Assembly (NCBI RefSeq): GCF_006345805.1
Contig: NC_042999.1
Coordinates: forward strand, 170,376,001-170,440,000
Direction of reading: 5' to 3'
From: Octopus sinensis
Lineage: Eukaryota
DNA: 64,000 bases
A program made the position numbers and the translations under genes. Positions 1 through 11,822 of the stretch are shown piece after piece; position 1 is the first letter of the stretch; each line of letters begins with the position of its first letter. Below the pieces are notes generated by a model. That model saw only the letters and a list, made by a program, of their open reading frames with translations. It was not told the DNA's origin and did no database searches.

Positions 1-197
1 GATGTTTATTTTATTTCTGTTCGTCATATTGAATGTAATTGTAATCTTTTCTGATAAATTCGGGTTTAAGTGTTGCATAGAGTATACGTAGAAAAACAAA
101 GAATGAGAGATTGTTTGTAAGATATCTAGTTACCCCAAATGGTTACGGTTTCATTAACGTGAGGTGACCTTTTGTTATATAATAGAATTACATAATA

Positions 198-617
198 GGC
201 GCAGGAGTGGCTGTGTGGTAAGTAGCTTGCTAACCAACCACATGGTTCCGGGTTCAGTCCCACTGCGTGGCATCTTGGGCAAGTGTCTTCTGCTATAGCC
301 CCGGGCCGACCAATGCCTTGTGAGTGGATTTGGTAGACGGAAACTGAAAGAAGCCTGTCGTATATATGTATATATATATATAAGTGTGTGTATATGTTTG
401 TGTGTCTGTGTTTGTCCCCCTAGCATTGCTTGACAACCAATGCTGGTGTGTTTACGTCCCCGTCACTTAGCGGTTCGGCAAAAGAGACCGATAGAATAAG
501 TACTGGGCTTACAAAGAATAAGTCCTGGGGTCGATTTGCTCGACTAAAGGCGGTGCTCCAGCATGGCCGCAGTCAAATGACTGAAACAAGTAAAAAAGTA
601 AAAAGTAAAGTAAAGTA
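198..617 (+). mobile_element. tRNA-derived SINE, family A (full length; internal TA/TG microsatellite; GTAAAA-type tail)
   Basis: A-box-like TGGCTGTGTGG and B-box-like GGTTCAGTCCC head, conserved body, tail ...AAATGACTGAAACAAGTAAAA; near-identical copies at 6811, 18833 and 19980. Confidence 0.85.
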
Positions 618-2594
618 ATCATGACTTCGTTAAGTCGTCAGAGACTGGATTGGAAGTATGACATGATTCATCATTTTGGAGATGGCTATCCTTTAAGTAA
701 TTTATGTTAATGAATTGTACGTAAGATAGTATCTAAATATATATATTGGGTTCTCCCAGTTTCTACGTTGAAAGGGAGCTCACGAGTAAAAAGCTACAGA
801 TGACCAGGCAGCTTTTAATGAATATATGCATACATGGCAACTATTGCTATCGTATAAAAATCAGCTTTTACGCTTCCCTTCTTTTTCTTTTGAAGACGTA
901 AAAGATCTTCCATGATGATGAGGACATAACCTATGCCAGAATGAAATAATCAAGACTATATCTCCTAGACACCGATGGCATTTCAACGGAGGACGCAGCT
1001 GCACAGGTGATCAGAAGATTGTGGCTGCTCTCAGCTTGACTGCGATCATCATAAGGTTTCTTATTCTTGAATATGTTATATTACTAAACAGGATTAGAAC
1101 TAAGGAACCTTTATTTCTTAAAAGTACTTACCATATTACCCTCAATGCCACTGAAGTATGCGCATGTCCAAGGATAAGACATTTGATGACGATGGTACTT
1201 CAAGCGATCGGAACGTAGTGTAGATGTAGCTTTAAAAAAGAGAGCTTAATAGTCCTAAATATTATTATCTTTTTAACCACAACTCATTTATATAAAATTA
1301 TAAAAAAGAATTTGACTCAGAGCTGTCTTATGATCTGGGGACTTTGAATAGTTACCCAGGTCCCTCACAAGGCCTAAGGACCCAATTCTGATCTATGAAT
1401 GCTGTGGCTAGCCGTCAATAGATAAATACCAGTGGGTCCAATGCATTTATTTGCTCGGGAGTCAATAATGCTGCTAAGACGGCCGTGGTTCGACATTGAT
1501 AGAATAGCATAATATATAAAGACGATACACATATTCCAAGTGACATAACATTTAAGATTTCATACTATATATTATATATATATTATATTATTATTATATC
1601 ACCTGAAAGTGTGTGGCCTAATGTGTAGGGCGTTGGGCTCACAATCATAAAATTGTGAGTTCAATTTGTGGATCGGTTGATAAGCTGAGTCCTGGAACAA
1701 GGTGCTTTATCTCATGTTGCTCCAGTCTACTCAGCTGAAAATAAGTATCAGCCTGGTGCTGTTGCAACCCTCTCTTCATCAAGCTGTTATCGATCGATAT
1801 TCCGCTGGTCAAAGGATAGGAGGGTCGAGAGACTTTTAATGTCTGCTTGTGATTACATAATTACCTAAAGCAATAGCGAAATTATGGTACGAATTACCAA
1901 GTCAAACATACCCACTTGTTAGTGACGGTTATAATATATATATCTGAAACTTACTAGATATATGCAAATTTAAACTGTTACAAATTGAGAAATAGGAATA
2001 AAAGCAAGTACGAAAGCAATATCTTGCCAGTAATGACCATGCTTTTAAATATAATGTCACAATATTAGTTTTCTTATTTCCTTAGATGTTGCCTATAAAT
2101 CCATACTTTAATTGTGACTGCAGATACGAGGCTCAGGCGCTGACGTGTATTTCCGGTTTCATGCAACGAAAAGGAAAGCATAGACTATAATTAGTTACTA
2201 CTATCAGATAAACATAGATTAGACATGTGTAAACGAGTTTTCTGAGGGTAATCACGATGCCGAGAGCGCTGGAACAGTCAGACAATCTCACAAATATATC
2301 CTGATACTTTAGTGAAATGTGTGACAAAACATGCTGTCAGCGGCCCAGTTCCTCTTGTGTGTATTTAAGCGGTCAGCTTACTGGCAACTTCCTATTGAGT
2401 GCAACAAAATAAATGGTAAATAATCTTTTCCACTCTACGCACAAGGCCCGAAATTTTTGGGGAGGGAGCCAGTCGATTAGATCGACCCCAGTACGCAACT
2501 GGTACTTAATTTATCGACTCCGAAAGGATGAAAGGCAAAGTCGACCTCGGCGAAATAAATGGTAAATAATGTGCTGCCGACGACGTCCGTTTTA

Positions 2595-2760
2595 GGGGCA
2601 AGCGTGGCTCTATGGTTAAGAAACTCGCATTACAACTATGTGGTTTCAGATTCAGTCCCTCCACAGAACACCTTGGCCAAGTGACTTCTACTATAGCCCT
2701 GGGCTGACCAATGTTTTGTGAGTGAATTTGGTGGAAGGAAATTGCGTAGAAGCGCGCTGC

Positions 2761-2851
<91 letters not shown>

Positions 2852-2852
2852 C

Positions 2853-2895
<43 letters not shown>

Positions 2896-3070
2896 GTATA
2901 TATATATATATATATGTATATATATGCAGGCGTGTGTGTGTGATTGTGTTTGTCCGATAGAATATCAGATTTTAAGATAATAATAAGGATTGGGGCTTAT
3001 TTATTCAACTAAACCCTTCAAGGCGATGCCCCAGCATGGCCGCTCTCCAACACTGAAACAAGTAAAAAGA
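2595..3070 (+). mobile_element. Diverged family-A-like SINE with internal (ATCT)n/(TA)n expansion
   Basis: Degenerate head and body matching family A; (ATCT)n about 2761-2851; tail CAGCATGGCC...CTGAAACAAGTAAAAAG. Confidence 0.6.
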
Positions 3071-3465
3071 TAACAAAGACACACGTTACTTTAGCAATAA
3101 ACCAATGTACGAGCAACGAGAGGAACCTCTATATGATCGATCGATCTCTTATAAATCGCAGCGAAACCCCACGTCCTCCTTAACTCACGTCTTCTACCGA
3201 AGTTTGAAATGACGTTGATTTTTATCTTCTAAATACATAATTGCATTGTTCTGAAGTATCATAAAAGTGACGAGTTTAGAATCCAAAACACCAGAAATTA
3301 CAGATGAAGGAACATTTACAAAATCATTCAATCTGCTAGAAAAAAAAAAGAACAACCGAATCTCTTTCTTAGAACAGAGAAAACGCTTTGTTTATTGTCG
3401 ACCTAACTCTACTCTTTTACTTGTCTCAGTCATTTGACTGTGGCCATGCTGGAGCACCGCCTTTC

Positions 3466-6320
3466 AGTATGGCTACTACGCAGAAAAAGCAAGCCTTCCT
3501 TTCCCTGTTAAGGGTAGGAGGCGGCACAATCTCAATGATAGATTCAGCTGATAGCTGTACTCTACCCATTGCAGCTACTCTGCAAAAACTATCAGTCCCG
3601 TTAATTCCGGACACTCCACAAATGCGTGCAAGACGGTTTCCCTGTTCTGACCGCACTTCGGACATGTCGGCGAGACGGCACTTCCGTGCCTTGACAGTTT
3701 ATCACGAACTGGTAACGCGCACGGAAGCACTGCCAAGCCAGAGATTTCTGGTAATTGTCCAGATACCCCGGACCGAAAGTTCTCCGGAACAGGTTGATTA
3801 ACTGATTTTCATCGTAGCCCAGAGCGTCTTCGGACTTAACCTCCACTAACCCGCTATAGAAATCCGCGGTGGAACTCTTATTACCGGCATTGTCCGCCCG
3901 AGAGAGTAGCTGAAGTGCCGGGCGGCACTCCAATTGCCAGTCCCCCAGCCTGGGTCTCTGCTTGATCCAATTACCAATGTCTGTTGAGGACGTTAATTGC
4001 GGAAGGTAGAACCGAACGTGCGGTGACCACACCTGCTCTCCATCCAAGGCATCCCTAGCCCACCCTTTAGGGGTTTCTGGCAGCAGACAAAGCGCTTCAC
4101 GAGTGGATTTCCTCCTTTCCACAAAAAGTGGAAAAGGATTCTTTCCAACTTGTTCAGCCACAAATCGGGGCAAGGCACCACGGTCAGACGGTAGGTGACT
4201 ACTGATGCTATGAACATCTGCACCACCTCCGCCCTCCCTAGCAGGGATAACGCCCGTCCAGACCAGGTCTGGGTTAGAGCGGTCAGCCTGCCGGCCACCT
4301 CACTCCAATTTTTCTCTATCTGGAGGTTTGAACCAATCCAGACTCCGAGCAGCTTAACAGGACCTTCCGTCCAACGCCCCACGACGTTATTGGACTGCAT
4401 CGGATTGCCCTTCCAGGTGCCGAGTTGCAAGCCGACCGACTTGTCCTTGTTAACCGCCTCGTAACTTTTGATGGCTCCTTCCACCACTGGAAGCTGGCCT
4501 TCATCTGCCACGATGATGGAGATGTCATCCGCGTACGCCGTAGCTCCTCTTCCACACCATAGATCATGCTGTGCGCCCCCTAGTGCATCCAACTTCCGCA
4601 GCAAAGGCTCAAGAGCCAACACATATAGAAACGGGGACAGGGGACACCTCTGACGAACTGAACGCTCGATCCTGAACGGCTTCGAAAGGAAACCATTCAC
4701 TTTTACGACAGACTCGATGTCGCTATACAACGCAGCAATCCAACCTCGAAAGGTCGGGCCCAGGCCAGCCTCCCCGAAGACCGCCGCCAAGTACCGATGG
4801 TCGACCCTATCAAATGCCTTAGACGGGTCTAAATGTACCAGTGCCCCCCCCCACTGTTTGTGGGGGTTGGTGTGTTTGCGGTGGTGGGTTTTTTTATTTG
4901 AGGGGCCTGGTGTTTGCGACAACGTTTTTTTGTTTTCTTCACAATCAGCTCGAATGTGGCCCTTTTTTCCGCATTGGTAACAGGTGGGCTTACGGCCTTC
5001 CACCTGTACCCTAAGGGCCACATTCTCCCCAACGAGCACTCTCTCTGGTAGGACCTGAATGTCCTCCTGTTTCCCTAGTATTAAAACAGTGATGTTCCGC
5101 CCTAACCAATTCTGTGTGGCGGAACTTGTAGTTTGTGGTATTTTTATACGGTCCGTCCTATTAAACAGTAGGGCGGCCACCACTTCTTTAGAGTCCACTT
5201 TAGGTGGCACTTCATTGATTCTTACACGGGATGTTCTTCGTCCCATATAAGTTGGCAGAAGTACCACTTCTTTGGTCTTCAGGGGACACACGGAATGCCC
5301 GCGAGCCGCCTCTTCCTTTGAGAATTAGACCTCAACAGAACCATATGCCCGTCCCTTCGAGATATACACTATATCCCTCCATATCGGGGACAGGCATTTT
5401 TCTATTGTTTCTTTTCCGAAGTGTTTAAACCTTTTGTCTTGTGGGCAGAAGGTTTTATACACTACAGTCCTCTTTTTTGTTTCTAACACAGTGGAGGAGG
5501 GTGATATCACAACATCACCTCCCTCTTCCTTCATCCTTTTAAAATATCCCTGCAACATGTCTGCCGATATATCAATATTTTCGGTTGCCACTGCGGCAAC
5601 TGCCGAAAATGTTTTCACAGTGTTGGCGCAATTGCCAGCATCAACATTGCTCTCTACAAGAGCAGATTTTTCATGAATGATTTCAACCGACATGGTTGAA
5701 ATAAGTATCAGAGAAATTGGTTTCCCACAAAACTGGGAAACCTTTAGAAAATGTTTTCCGACAAAAATAATCAACTTTTATTTCCGCAGTCCAAAGTTCA
5801 AATCCCACTCCCGCTGAGGGGCGAGACGTAGCAACAAAGTCTACAACGATTCGAAATTAATTTTTTTCACACAATAATGAAATATAGAATCCCGAAAAAA
5901 GGGAAACAGTTCAAATCTCACTCGCGCTACGGCCGGATGCCACAATAGAGCCTACAATGGCTAAAATTTAATTTTTTCCACAACAACAATTTGCTTATCC
6001 CAAAAACGGGAAGCCTATAATATTTTTTTCCCTCTTAATGAGGATAACAGTTCAAATGCCACCCCCGCTGGGGGCGGGGGGGGACAATAAAGCCTACAAC
6101 GGCTTTAACAAGTTCAACACTAATAATATTAATAAATTCAATATTAATGACTTCAATGTTTCAACAATTACTCCTTCCCGTCACCGGGAAGAAAGCACAA
6201 AAACTTTCAAAGTTCACGAAAACATTTAACAACAAACATTCAACAGTAGAAAAATTATCCTTGTGCAACAACACGCTTGACTCACCGCCAAAAAACACGT
6301 CTGACTTCGACGAAGGTTAA
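3466..6320 (-). mobile_element. Tx1-clade non-LTR retrotransposon copy 1, internally deleted and 3'-truncated
   Basis: ORF1 from ATG 5693 (one in-frame stop near 5325) with zinc knuckle CYQCGKKGHIRADC, fused in frame to RT (DPSKAFDRVDH, YADD, LLGV); C-terminal C-x2-C...H...C region near 3640-3690; homologous to ORF2 at 34690-38126. The 5' boundary is approximate. Confidence 0.9.
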
Positions 6321-6810
6321 GCGAGCTACTTACCACACAATGATTGTCTTAGTAAGAAATTGAATTCAATCAAGGATATTTTATATGTTCATTAAAGAAT
6401 GCAAGAAAGACATACTGTCCCATATTTGCGCATTCATTCGGTAGAGATAGCAAGTTGTAAATTGAAAAGGTGGTTAAATTTAGTTGTGTTGGGAGCCGGT
6501 TTATTGGAAACGTTATGTGAAACCTATATCTGAAGAATCACAACGATTATAAGCGATACTTATTCAGAGATGAAGGAAACACTGCTTTAGTTAAGAGTGC
6601 CAAATATTAGAACAGCATAAAGCAGCGAGCTGTCAGAACCGTTAGCCAAATGCTTAGCGGCATTTGCTCTGTCTTCACGTTCTGAGTTCAAATTCTTCCG
6701 ACGTCAACTTTGCCTTTCATCCTTTCAGGTTCGACAAAATAAGTACCAGTTGAGCACTGGGATCGATGTAGTCCCCTCCCCTAAAATAAATTTCAGACTT
6801 TGTGATTATA

Positions 6811-7197
6811 GGCGTAGGAGTGGTTGTGTGGTAAGTAGCTTGCTTACCAAACACATGGTTCCGGGTTCAGTCCCATTGCGTGGCACCTTGGGCAAGTGTC
6901 TTCTATAGCTTCGGGCTGACCAAAGCCTTGTGAGTGGATTTGGTAGACAGAAACTGAAAGAAGCCCGTCGTATATATGTATATATATGTATGTGTGTGTG
7001 TTTGTGTGTGTTTTGTTTGTGTGTCTGTGTTTGTCCCCCCAGCATCGCTTGTCAACCAATGCTGGTGTGTTTACGTCCCTGTAACTTAGCGGTTCGGCAA
7101 AAGAGACCGATAGAATAAGTACCAGGCTTACAAAGAATAAGTCCTGGGGGTCGATGGCCTCAGTCAAATGACTGAAACAAGTGAAGAGCAAAGAGTA
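6811..7197 (+). mobile_element. tRNA-derived SINE, family A (partial tail deletion)
   Basis: Colinear with 198-617. Confidence 0.85.
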
Positions 7198-7319
7198 ATC
7201 ACCCTTTCAACTCTTTGCTCTTTGCTCTTTTGCGTTCTGAATGTAAAACCCCTGAATGTAAAATGGAAACTGTTTTTCACCATTCCGAGTTCGTTAAAAT
7301 AAAGTACTAGTGAAGTACT

Positions 7320-7562
7320 AAGGTCGATGACATTGGTTTCAAAGTTTGGTACAAAACCAGCAATTTCGATGGAAGGTATAAATCGATTACATTGAACCCC
7401 ACCACCACCACTGTTTAACTGGTACTTATTTTATCGATCGCAAATGGACGAAAAGCAAAGTCGACCTCGGTGACATTGGAATTCAGAACGTAAAGACAGA
7501 CGAAATGCCGCCGAGAATCTTTTTGCCCTGCGTGCTAACGATTCTGCCAGCTTGCCCCCTTA
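7320..7562 (-). mobile_element. Family B SINE, older copy with alternative tail
   Basis: Same core (GTCGACTTTGC...AATAAGTACCAG) on the minus strand; similar copies near 6625-6810, 8110-8330, 23965-24170, 25690-25895 and 27778-27890. Confidence 0.7.
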
Positions 7563-7640
7563 ACTACGGTCAATGATATTGGCAAATCTTTCGCTTAAAT
7601 TCCAAGGCCTTTGCCTGTGCTAGAAACAGTTATTATTACA

Positions 7641-7871
7641 AGGCGGCGAACTGGCAGAAACGTTAGCACGCCGGGCGAAATGCTTAGCGGTATTTCGTCT
7701 GCCGCTGCGTTCTGAGTTCAAATTCCGCCGAGGTCGACTTTGCCTTTCATCCTTTCGGGACCGGTAAATTGAGTACCAGTTACGCACTGGGTCGATGTAA
7801 TCGACTTAATCCCTTTCTCTGTCCTTGTTTGTCCACTCTATGTTTAGCCCCTTGTGGGCAATAAAGAAATA
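7641..7871 (+). mobile_element. tRNA-derived SINE, family B, with 19-bp target-site duplication and Tx1-like 3' tail
   Basis: Head GGCGGCGAACTGGCAGAAACGTTAGC...GAGTTCAAATTCC; TSD AGAAACA(G/C)TTATTATTACA at 7622-7640 and 7872-7890; tail resembles 38383-38427. Confidence 0.85.
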
Positions 7872-10165
7872 AGAAACACTTATTATTACAGGGTTGTACT
7901 TTTTTGAGGGAAGATTTAATCCATCACCTAGTTTAACACTGTTTCCTAGTCCTTGGAAGCTTTTAATAGAATCTACTCCGATACAAGCATTCAGATAAGG
8001 TTTCCTGTCAGAGAATAACTTTCTCTCTTCTTCTCACTAGTGTCGGAATCACTATAAAGGATTAGAGGTACTACCAATCTGCCTTTGTCTTAATCAGGTA
8101 AAAATTTATAGTGGTTTCAAATTTTGGCACAAGGCCAGCAATTTTGTGGGATGGGGTAAATTGATTATATCGATCCCAATGCTCACTTGGTATTTATTTT
8201 ATCGACCCCGAAAAGAGGAAAAGCAAAGTCGATCTCGGTTGCATTTGAATTCAGAACGTAATGTCAAACGAAATGCTGCTAAGCATTTTTTTCCGGTGTG
8301 TTAACGATTCAGCCAGCCCTCTGCCTTTATAAAAATATATATTAAACCATCAGCAACAACGATGAACCACCAAAACCCCAAAATGATCCCCTTCTGTGTT
8401 ATGTTGCACATATGTTAAGTTAGATAACTGCATCAACGACAAAGAAGTAAAAGGTAAATCGCGCTCAGTCTGACTTCATCGAATGAAACTATAAGCGAGG
8501 AGAAATACATTCTGTTACAAAATTAATTTCTTTATGTTCTTATATCATTACGTTACTTACGTATTTGAACGTTAATTCGACGTCTGGGTAATCGGTATTC
8601 AAACGCCAACGAGTATTTCCTGCTGTGTACAGCAAAAAGAGAATCAGTAGGTCTTGCTACGGCCGTGGCTTAGCCTCGTCAGCTCTAATCCAGTAGATTT
8701 ATGATCGAAAACACTTCAACTGCGTGCATTATAGTTTTTAGAGGCATTGTGTAATTTGTGTTGACATTATTAAATGTACCCTTCCATTTTTAAAGCAGTA
8801 GGATGTGATTTGCAGGAGAATTGGTTGCTATTTCTAGCAGATTAAGTAACAGCATAGAAACTCTCACATTGATTCGATTAACTATTCCAGCAGCTGCATC
8901 CCCAGGATGATGGGACAGCGAACAACAACTAACATTCGAGGTATCGTTATTCACTATGACCTGCGCCTTGGTGACCTCCCATCCCTTTCAGACGTGACGA
9001 AGGGGGAGGTCAGGCTGACACGGATTAAAATCAAGTGGGTTCAGCTATTTGACATGAATTATTTGTCACAGTTTGTTAATTTGAAATTACGCTGGCAGAA
9101 CATAGCAAAAATCACAAATTCTTGGTATTTCTTGTAAATATATTGTTGCTGTGTTCTACTTCCAAATACATTATTTCATTGTTCCAAAATATCACATTAC
9201 ACAATAATATATTATTTCAGCATATTTAGTGTTTTATTGTTATTTGCTTATGTTGTTTTGGTAGTTATTTTAGTTATCATTTAGTTTTCTTATTTACAAT
9301 TTTTGTCCCTGTAGTGTATTTCTTAGTAGCCGCAGAATTAGTGAGTTTGCAGTTACTGTTGAAAATTGCTTGTAATCCAATATGAAGAACTACTTAGGCT
9401 TATATTGAAAAGCTGTATCGCAACGTAGTTCTAAACTGCTTTGCTATAAACCGTTGTTATATTTCTAATTCATTTTCATGTGGTTTCTTTAATAGATGTT
9501 GACAAAGTTGCACCATCGGATACGTTTATGTACAACATTATCCACAGCTTGGTAAGTTCTTTATCTGGGAGTTACTAGGTTAATTTTCTGGAAAATATCT
9601 TCTCGCAGAGAAATTCCATTTAAAATGCTTGTCAATGTTTGTTCTTGCTTTATAATATATTTCCATCACATTGAGACATAATAATGTTTGCAGTAAAAGT
9701 TTAAAGATCTTTGAGTGATGTATAAGTGCTTTTAGTTAGCGATACATTTCGAACTAAAATCTGGAAAGGGTTTAGTCGATCAAAATTTCGTAGAAAAGTG
9801 GTAATGTGCATCATTAGGAGGCGGAATCTATAAGCTATTCTGAATCGATAGATCATTATACTTAACTTTTTCCAAATAAAATGATATAATTTGAACTTTA
9901 TTAAAATAAATCCAGTTTGACATTGAATGATTTGTTATAATATTCTAATTTACGGAATTTAACATAATTTTAATAAAATATCCTTAGGTTGAACATTTTG
10001 GTTGATACTAAAAAAATTCTGTTATAGAAATACTAGAACTTTCCATTTTAAGCCAATATAGGATTGTAGTAAATTAAAATATCGATTTTGTAATTGCTGG
10101 TTAAATAAATGGGTTAAATCTAACGATAGTTGTGTTTTTTCCATGACGCCACCAAAGCATTGCAA

Positions 10166-10173
10166 TGACGTCA
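10166..10173 (+). promoter_or_regulatory. Palindromic CRE (TGACGTCA), with a TGACG half-site at 10144, upstream of the EB1-like ORF
   Basis: Exact motif about 190 bp before the ATG; function not shown. Confidence 0.3.
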
Positions 10174-10362
10174 TACAGAATTATAGCGTAAGTGATACAA
10201 GAATACAATGGATTCTTGGTTCGAAAGAACAATCAGTACAGAATTATAGAATAGAACTAAGGCTTCTCGGGAGTATTATATTTCTTGTTTCTGGTACTAA
10301 GATATGATTCTTTCGTAACTTTGTCGTTTAATCGTATATAATATATACAGAGAAGAGAAACT

Positions 10363-11493
10363 ATGAAAGTTCTGGACCCTCCGTCCGTTGCTGTCGTCAG
10401 CCAAGAAAAACTCGTTGAATGGTTTCGAAAAACCGTTTCTACACAGATTCATTCCGTTAAAGATTTAGCGAGTGGCTATGAATTTTGCAAAGGTATGTTT
10501 ATGCTTTTCCCAACTGCGCTCAATTTAAACAAAATTAAATCGCAAAACCTAACCATGTATGATAGACACATGAACTACAAACAGCTCCAAGCAGCCTTCA
10601 CATATATCAACTTGAATAAAGAAATACCGATACAGAAATTAATGGAAGGTAACTTGGCAGAGAACTATCATTTTGGACTTTGGTTTAAAGCTTTTTATGA
10701 AATTAACTCTCCTCTACCGACACCCAAAGAAGATCCAGTGACTGAGTGTCGAAAAATTAAGGGTGTAGGTTGTGGTGATATACTGAAAGCTCCAACAGAA
10801 CACGAACTGAAAAGCTGGCCCAAACCAGGAAATACAAAATTTATCAAACGAGCAGTTAATGAGTGTAAAATCGTAGAAAACGAGTATAAACTTATAGACG
10901 AGTATAAACTCGTGGACAATGAGGTTCAAACGGACTTTTATGATTATTTGCAATATGAAGAAATCGCTAATCAGATGAACAATCAGAATGCTATAACTAA
11001 CGAGCTAGCTGAAGCTAACGAGTTCAACCAAATGATTATAGAAACCCTAAAAAATGACAATATGAGCTTAATAACTGAAAATAAAGAGTTAGATATGGAA
11101 AATAAGGCACTTGCCATGGAAAAAAATAGCTTGGAATTTAGTGTCAATCTATTACTCCAGCGCAATGAAGAGCTGGAGAATGCTAATTCCACGCTAATTC
11201 AACAGATTGAAAATCTTGAAGAAGGTTATTTGAATTTGTCAGAAACAAACAAAGAAATAAATATACGTAACCGTGAATTACAAGTCCATTATGAGGATTT
11301 AAACTTACATTCTCAAATCTATAAAAAGGTGCTAGACTGTTCAAACATGGAAGCTAATCTTTTTTTCAATAAACTGCAAAGTATTGACAGACTTTGCCGT
11401 AATGCATCGAGCAATCGTTTGAGGAAATTAATAGTTTCTATATTGAACGAAACGAAATATCAACCAGGTTCTATGTCAGTCGCTTTACCCTAG
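10363..11493 (+). CDS. EB1-like: Divergent RP/EB-family (EB1/MAPRE-like) microtubule plus-end protein, 376 aa, single coding exon
   Basis: N-terminal CH domain aligns by eye with EB1 (LVEWF...[16 protein letters not shown]...LNKIK...NYKQLQAAF...[28 protein letters not shown]); long heptad region; EBH-like motif [16 protein letters not shown]...IVSIL versus EB1 ERDFYFGKLRNIELIC...IVDIL. Uninterrupted 1.1-kb ORF in AT-rich DNA. Confidence 0.85.
   Translation: MKVLDPPSVAVVSQEKLVEWFRKTVSTQIHSVKDLASGYEFCKGMFMLFPTALNLNKIKSQNLTMYDRHMNYKQLQAAFTYINLNKEIPIQKLMEGNLAENYHFGLWFKAFYEINSPLPTPKEDPVTECRKIKGVGCGDILKAPTEHELKSWPKPGNTKFIKRAVNECKIVENEYKLIDEYKLVDNEVQTDFYDYLQYEEIANQMNNQNAITNELAEANEFNQMIIETLKNDNMSLITENKELDMENKALAMEKNSLEFSVNLLLQRNEELENANSTLIQQIENLEEGYLNLSETNKEINIRNRELQVHYEDLNLHSQIYKKVLDCSNMEANLFFNKLQSIDRLCRNASSNRLRKLIVSILNETKYQPGSMSVALP

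Positions 11494-11822
<329 letters not shown>

Noticed and set aside
198-280. tRNA-like sequences at SINE heads
   Set aside because: A/B boxes only, continuing into SINE bodies; no complete cloverleaf, so no tRNA genes were called.
890-1080. Coding-looking stretch (RLYLLDTDGISTEDAAAQ)
   Set aside because: Interrupted by stops, no recognisable family, splice signals ambiguous.
9250-9900. Partly open minus-strand frame upstream of the EB1-like gene
   Set aside because: Several stops and no identifiable domain; cannot be distinguished from AT-rich background.
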